A stretch of 64,000 nt of DNA, taken from assembly GCA_965224085.1 (NCBI GenBank), contig CBDCYI010000009.1, positions 256,001-320,000 on the forward strand, in the 5' to 3' direction. The DNA comes from Candidatus Marinacidobacterales bacterium (GTDB lineage Bacteria; Acidobacteriota; Vicinamibacteria; Marinacidobacterales; SMYC01). Made by a program: the position numbers and the translations under genes. Numbering within the stretch: position 1 is the first letter of the stretch; each line of letters begins with the position of its first letter. Below, one piece after another: positions 57,460 to 64,000 of this stretch. The notes under the pieces were generated by a model. That model did not search any database, was not told the origin of the DNA, and saw only the letters and a program-made list of their open reading frames with translations.

Positions 57460-57940
57460 CTACAGCGTGTCCCAGGACCAGATGGCGTAGCGGTCGGCTT
57501 GGTTCAGGTTGTGGCCGGCTTCCTTGAGCGTCAACAGAATGCTTCCTCGATGGTGGCTTTCATGCGCAATGAAGTAGCTCAAGGTAGTGAAGATGCCTTT
57601 CTTGAAACCTTTGCGCTTGGGCGCGCCCGCGAGCACGTCTTCCAGAAAGGTCTCGACAGCGCGGCTGGATGCCGTGAACGCCTTTTTCAGCTGGGCTTTG
57701 CTCGGGGTTACCGTGGGCGTTGCTTTGGACTGAAATTTCTTTGAGGCCGGTCGCCAAGTCCTTGGCGCGTTTTTCCATGTGGTAGATGCGGACGTCGTGC
57801 AGGTGCGCGAATTGCCGCGCGACATCACGCCCTCCCCGTGATGACAGCGAGCTCTTCATACCCGCTGCGCTGATTTTGTCGATCAAGAACAAGTTGATGC
57901 GGTTGTTCGTCCGCCACGCTTCCACGAGCTCGTCGCGCAT
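57460..57940 (-). pseudogene. DinB-family protein with a single frameshift near 57740
   Basis: N-half ARQFAHLHDVR and C-half IAHESHHRGSI are in different frames. Removing one A from CTCAAAGAAATTT restores LKKFQSK. Confidence 0.85.
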
Positions 57941-57972
57941 TCACACCTCCTTCTGACCCGGTATTATGCCCC

Positions 57973-58230
57973 ATGCTCCGCACGTCGTACGAGGACTCGA
58001 ACGTTCTCGCAGGCGTCCTCGACCTTCTCGCGCTCGTATTCCCTTCCTTCCGCGAGCAAGAAAAAGCGGCGCGTAGACTCGGGCTGCGCTGGGAAGAGTG
58101 CAGCACGCCGTTCGCGTTCGAGAGAAAGGCCGTATCGTCGCGCACGTGGGTCTTCTGGAACTTCCGGCGGTTATGAACGGCGAGCTCCGTTCGTCGGCAG
58201 CGTTCACGGAGTAGCGACCCACCCCGAGGC
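57973..58230 (+). pseudogene. GNAT acetyltransferase remnant
   Basis: LDLLALVFP...STPF, then GRIVAHVGLLELP, then VHGVATHPE across two frameshifts; truncated. Confidence 0.7.
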
Positions 58231-58310
58231 TAGACTCATCAAGCTTCCCGCAACTTCGAGGTGTTGAAACGACGGCGCCTTCGCACTACGATCGCTTAGG
58301 GAGGCTATGC

Positions 58311-59534
58311 ATGCAACGCGTTCCGAGGCTCGCCCTTTCTTTTGCCATCGTGCCCTGCATCACCGCGGGCGCCGAGAGGGACGCGGTCACGTATACGAGC
58401 GATGTGGCGCCGATTTTTGTCAAGTCCTGCATGACGTGTCACCGTCCGGGCGAGATCGCCCCCATGTCGCTTCTCTCCTACGAAGAGACTCGGCCTTGGG
58501 CGCGCTCGATCAAACGCGAAGTGCAGAGCCGCGCGATGCCGCCGTGGCACGCGGATCCGGCCTATGGCGATTTCTCGAATGATCGTCGCCTCACCGATGA
58601 GGAAGTCCAAACGATCGTCGATTGGGTGGACGCGGGCGCGCCGCTCGGAAACGCAGAAGACATGCCCGAGCTTCCCGATTTCGTGGAAGGATGGCAACTC
58701 TCCAATCTGCTCGGGCCTCCTGACGCCATCTTCCCGATGGAGGAAGCGTTCATCGTCCCGGCATCCGGTCCCGACTTGAACCCGAATATCGAAGTCCCTA
58801 TGCCGCTCGATGGCGACAAATGGCTGATCGCCGCCGAAGTCCGCGGGAACCCTCGCGTCGTGCACCACAACGTCGTCTCTGTCTATGGACCCGATGGCGA
58901 GCGCGACAAGACGGGACGGCTTGCGAGCGTCGTGCCCGGCAAGCAATACGACCTCTTCGCGAACGGTTCGGGGAAATATGTCCGCCAGGGCTCCCATCTC
59001 CGCTTCGGTCTTCACTACCACCCTTACGGGAAAGAAGAAAGCGACCGCTCATCGGTCGGTGTGTGGTTCGCGACCGAGCCTCTCCAATATCAACTTTATA
59101 CGGCCGTCGTTGCCGATCACGATCTTGCCATCCCGCCGGGAGACCCGCATTATTTAAGCATCGGTGAATGGGAGTTCCCTTTCGACTCCGAGCTCACGCT
59201 CATGAAGCCCCATATGCACTATCGAGGCAAAGACATGGAGTTCAAAGTCGTCTATCCCGACGGTCGCAGCGAGATCCTCCTGCAGGTCCCGGAATACGAC
59301 ATGAATTGGCAGATGAACTACGAGCTCGAAGAGCCCATCTTCATGTCAAAGGGCACGAAGATGATCGTCACCTCCCACTTCGACAACTCCACAGAGAACC
59401 GATGGAACCCGGACCCGACGATGTGGATCTACTGGGGTGACGATTCCCGCGACGAAATGATGGAAGGCTGGTTCGACTATCGCAAGAAGTTGGAACGAGC
59501 GCTCGATCCGACCGAAGCACCGCCGAAACCCTAG
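58311..59534 (+). CDS. Secreted c-type heme plus copper type II (PHM/DBH-like) monooxygenase-domain protein
   Basis: CMTCH heme motif, MPPW; VVHH, LHYH, PHMH and DEMM copper ligands. Confidence 0.85.
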   Translation: MQRVPRLALSFAIVPCITAGAERDAVTYTSDVAPIFVKSCMTCHRPGEIAPMSLLSYEETRPWARSIKREVQSRAMPPWHADPAYGDFSNDRRLTDEEVQTIVDWVDAGAPLGNAEDMPELPDFVEGWQLSNLLGPPDAIFPMEEAFIVPASGPDLNPNIEVPMPLDGDKWLIAAEVRGNPRVVHHNVVSVYGPDGERDKTGRLASVVPGKQYDLFANGSGKYVRQGSHLRFGLHYHPYGKEESDRSSVGVWFATEPLQYQLYTAVVADHDLAIPPGDPHYLSIGEWEFPFDSELTLMKPHMHYRGKDMEFKVVYPDGRSEILLQVPEYDMNWQMNYELEEPIFMSKGTKMIVTSHFDNSTENRWNPDPTMWIYWGDDSRDEMMEGWFDYRKKLERALDPTEAPPKP

Positions 59535-59547
59535 GAATCTATCTCGA

Positions 59548-60132
59548 ATGGCCGTTTTATTTACATTCATTACGTCAGCGTCCCTGCTGCTCGCAACCGC
59601 CGTCGAGCAGAACCCTGTGGGCAACTGGAAAATGACGATCGAGGTCGGCCACATCGGGGAAGCCTTGCGCACCGTGATTCTAGAGGTCACCGAAAATGGT
59701 GAGCAGTACAAAGCCGAGCTCACAAGCATGCAGAACCGCATGACCGAGGCCGACGAAGTGACGTTCGAAGACGACCTTTTGACGGTCTATTACGGGTCGT
59801 ACGAGTACAAGCTCGCGATCGAGGGTGACACCGCCACGGGCACGGTGGTCTCCCCGGCCGGCACGCAAGACGTGACGGCCCGTCGTCAGCAAACCCAACT
59901 TTTTGCCGGCGACGCACCGGAGCCTTACCAGAAGATTTGGCGCGGCTCGCTCGAAAAAGACGAGGACGGCTACAAGATCGTAACACGGCGTCACACGTTC
60001 GGTTTCGTGAACGCCGACGCTTTCGAAAAGCAGCTCGAGAGCTTCGTCGGAAAGGGCGTCGCGATCACGGGATTCTGGCGCGTCGACAAAATCGAGATCC
60101 ACACGATCGAGCCCTGGGAGAGACGTCGCTAG
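59548..60132 (+). CDS. Hypothetical secreted protein
   Basis: Signal-like N-terminus, PVGNWKMTI beta-rich domain, operonic position. Confidence 0.7.
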   Translation: MAVLFTFITSASLLLATAVEQNPVGNWKMTIEVGHIGEALRTVILEVTENGEQYKAELTSMQNRMTEADEVTFEDDLLTVYYGSYEYKLAIEGDTATGTVVSPAGTQDVTARRQQTQLFAGDAPEPYQKIWRGSLEKDEDGYKIVTRRHTFGFVNADAFEKQLESFVGKGVAITGFWRVDKIEIHTIEPWERRR

Positions 60133-60143
60133 AAACCTCCTCG

Positions 60144-61790
60144 ATGCGCGTCCTGCTTGTTGTTTTCCTCGCCTTTGTCTCCGCCTGCGAGTCGGAGAGC
60201 GAGCGGGAGCCCGCTGGGATCGCTTTGTTGAACGCCACCATCTGGACCGGAGATCCCGACAACCCGACCGCGGAGGCCGTTCTCATCGAAGGCGATCGCA
60301 TCGTCGCGATTGGCTCGAGCATGGAGATTCGCCCCAAGATCGGCGACGCGCGTGTGATCGACGCCACTGGTCGATTCGTTGTTCCGGGTTTCATCGACAC
60401 GCATGTCCACTTCCTCGACGGCGGCTTCAAGCTCGCCTCGGTACAGCTGCGCGATGCCGACACCCCCGAAGAGTTTGCCCGCCGCATTGGAGATTTCGCG
60501 AAGACCGTCCCCGAAGGGGCGTGGATTACCGGAGGCGATTGGGACCATCAACTTTGGGGCGGCGAGCTTCCCCATCGTGCGATGGTCGACGCGCTCACGC
60601 CCGAACATCCCGTGTGGGTCAATCGGCTCGATGGACACATGGCTCTAGCCAATAGCCTGGCCCTCGAGCTCGCAGGCGTCACGCGGGACACGGCCGACGT
60701 GGCCGGCGGCACTATCGAGCGCGACGGCAATGGAGAACCGACCGGAGTCCTCAAGGACAGCGCGATGGGTCTCGTCTTCGACGTTCTTCCGCCCCCGGAC
60801 GACACGGCTTACGACCGCGCCCTCGAAGCCGCGACGAGCCACGTGGCCGTCCAGGGGGTAACGAGCGTCCACCACATGGGCAGCTGGGACACTCTTGCGG
60901 TGGCCCAACGGGCGCGCGACAACGGCACGCTGAAGACACGTATCTACGCGGCGGTCCCGCTCGTGGATTGGGAGCGACTACGCGACGTGGTGGCCGAACA
61001 CGGCGGCGGGGACGCTTGGCTGCGTTATGGAGTCCTCAAAGGCTTCGTCGATGGCTCACTCGGATCGCACACCGCAGCGTTTCACGCTCCGTTCGACGAC
61101 CAGCCCTCGGATCGAGGCTTTTTCATCAACACGGAAGAAGAACTTCATACGTGGATCTCGGGTGCGGACGCGGCCGGGTTGCACGTCGTCGTCCACGCCA
61201 TCGGGGATCGCGCCAACGAAACACTCCTCGACATCTTCGAGCGTGTTGCCCGAGACAACGGCGCGCGCGACCGGCGTTTTCGCATCGAGCATGCTCAGCA
61301 CTTGAGGCCCGAGGACATCCCCCGCTTCGCGGAGCTCGGCGTCATAGCGAGCATGCAGCCCTACCACGCGATCGATGACGGACGCTGGGCGGAGCGCTAT
61401 ATCGGCCCGGTACGCATCCAGACCACCTACGCGTTTCAAAGCTTGCTGGATGCGGGCGCGACCCTCGCATTCGGTAGTGATTGGACGGTCGCACCGGCGA
61501 CACCGGTCGAAGGGATCTACGCCGCCGTGACGCGGCGCACGCTCGATGACGCGAACCCAGACGGCTGGGTCCCGGAAGAAAAAATCTCAGTGGAAAAAGC
61601 ACTCGTCGCCTATACGAGGAATGGCGCCTACGCATCCTATGAAGAGAACGAGAAAGGGATGCTGAAGCCCGGCTTTCTAGCCGACCTCGCTGTGCTCGAC
61701 CGTGACTTGACGCGCATTTCCTCGGAAGAAATCCGCTACGCCGAAATCGTGATGACTATCGTTGGCGGTGAAATCGTTTACCAACCATAG
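60144..61790 (+). CDS. Amidohydrolase_3 (YtcJ-like) lipoprotein
   Basis: Lipobox VSAC; PGFIDTHVH, DGSLGSHTA, VHAIGDRA, RIEHAQ, FGSDW. Confidence 0.92.
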   Translation: MRVLLVVFLAFVSACESESEREPAGIALLNATIWTGDPDNPTAEAVLIEGDRIVAIGSSMEIRPKIGDARVIDATGRFVVPGFIDTHVHFLDGGFKLASVQLRDADTPEEFARRIGDFAKTVPEGAWITGGDWDHQLWGGELPHRAMVDALTPEHPVWVNRLDGHMALANSLALELAGVTRDTADVAGGTIERDGNGEPTGVLKDSAMGLVFDVLPPPDDTAYDRALEAATSHVAVQGVTSVHHMGSWDTLAVAQRARDNGTLKTRIYAAVPLVDWERLRDVVAEHGGGDAWLRYGVLKGFVDGSLGSHTAAFHAPFDDQPSDRGFFINTEEELHTWISGADAAGLHVVVHAIGDRANETLLDIFERVARDNGARDRRFRIEHAQHLRPEDIPRFAELGVIASMQPYHAIDDGRWAERYIGPVRIQTTYAFQSLLDAGATLAFGSDWTVAPATPVEGIYAAVTRRTLDDANPDGWVPEEKISVEKALVAYTRNGAYASYEENEKGMLKPGFLADLAVLDRDLTRISSEEIRYAEIVMTIVGGEIVYQP

Positions 61791-63167
<1,377 letters not shown>

Positions 63168-63193
63168 CGAGAGCCGTAGCTCCCTAAAGCTCG

Positions 63194-63733
63194 TCAGTGA
63201 ATCAGATAAGCATAAACGTCGACAGAAGCGCTGCGATCGGTCGTGTTGTAGAGAAAGACTCGATATTCGGGAAAGGCGATCGGTAGGCCAGCTCGTGAAC
63301 CGCTGAAATACATCGCGTCTTCCGGCACGGGATTCGCGATGGCCTCGAGCTCGAGATGAACCTCGCCTTCAATGAGCGCGCGGAGGATGTTCTCCTCTTC
63401 CGGAACGAGAACGACCGCGACGGATCCTCCCCCACCCGTACTGCCGCGAAGTTGGCCGTGCAGGCTCAGGACCGCCGATGTAAACCCTTCGGTCGTGATG
63501 CTTCCCACCTCGGTCCAAAGACTCGTCTGGGTGCGCCCGGCGGGTGCGACCACGACGTCGACCATGGCCGCCATATCGCTATGGGGGATCGGCGTGGGGA
63601 CCGCGACGTCCCCCACGATCGGATGCGGGTTCTCGAGATTCACGACGATCGTTCGGGTGAGCTCCTGTACGCCGAACCCGGCCGCGAAAGCCAAGCAGCC
63701 CCCCACGATGGACAACAACATCTGACGCCGCAC
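63194..63733 (-). CDS. Hypothetical exported protein
   Basis: RBS GGAGG, hydrophobic N-terminus, 179 aa beta-rich. Confidence 0.65.
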   Translation of the reverse strand: MRRQMLLSIVGGCLAFAAGFGVQELTRTIVVNLENPHPIVGDVAVPTPIPHSDMAAMVDVVVAPAGRTQTSLWTEVGSITTEGFTSAVLSLHGQLRGSTGGGGSVAVVLVPEEENILRALIEGEVHLELEAIANPVPEDAMYFSGSRAGLPIAFPEYRVFLYNTTDRSASVDVYAYLIH

Positions 63734-63891
63734 CGCCGTATTCCTCCCGTAGCCACCGCGATTGTAACGTCAGCCGCTGCCGAAAGAGAAATCCTGCGAG
63801 ATAGCTTCCACTGTCAGATTCCCCCCCAGGTGTTTCCCTGCGCGTCCACATCGTATTCGAAATCTACGACGAAGAGGTCGATAATGAGCGC

Positions 63892-64000
63892 ATGGCCCAA
63901 GACAAAGGTTTGCCTCCGTGGGCGTGGGTAGGGTGCGGCTGTGTCGGAGCGATCATAGCGCTCGTCGCCGTCGCCGTGGGGCTCGGCTTCTGGGGCGTCA
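63892..64000 (+). CDS. Membrane protein, N-terminal part (runs off window)
   Basis: MAQDKGLPPWAWVGCGCVGAIIALVAVAVGLGFWGV; GATAAT 6 nt upstream of ATG (leaderless-type). Confidence 0.6.
   Translation, partial: MAQDKGLPPWAWVGCGCVGAIIALVAVAVGLGFWGV

Overview
GC-rich bacterial chromosomal window. The gene repertoire (TonB-dependent receptor, Hanks-type kinases, NHL and copper-monooxygenase-like secreted proteins) suggests a diderm such as Acidobacteriota; this is inference. Housekeeping genes include addB/addA, ampG, a glpD-like gene, leuB and gdhA. About a dozen gene remnants broken by deletion or frameshift are scattered through the window. Signals the ORF track misses: (1) a BCP/PrxQ peroxiredoxin with an in-frame TGA at the peroxidatic position and an fdhF-like SECIS hairpin (25304-25747); (2) a candidate ~250-nt structured ncRNA with promoter, long G-U-containing closing stem and UUCG hairpin upstream of leuB; (3) IS91/ISCR-type oriIS ends and a transposase tail cut by a serine-recombinase element (1385-4381); (4) a 163-bp MITE overlapping the leuB stop codon. 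Best candidate systems: an ~11-kb membrane-remodelling locus (YqiJ-like, flotillin, 1790-aa ATPase, PspA/ESCRT-III-like, AAA ATPase with a Vps4-type pore loop, YkgJ; 42217-53512), and a neighbouring PAL-like and heme-c/PHM-like pair that keeps the catalytic residues of eukaryotic peptide-amidating PAM (56319-59534). No tRNA, rRNA or CRISPR array was seen. All family assignments come from motif recognition by eye, not database searches.
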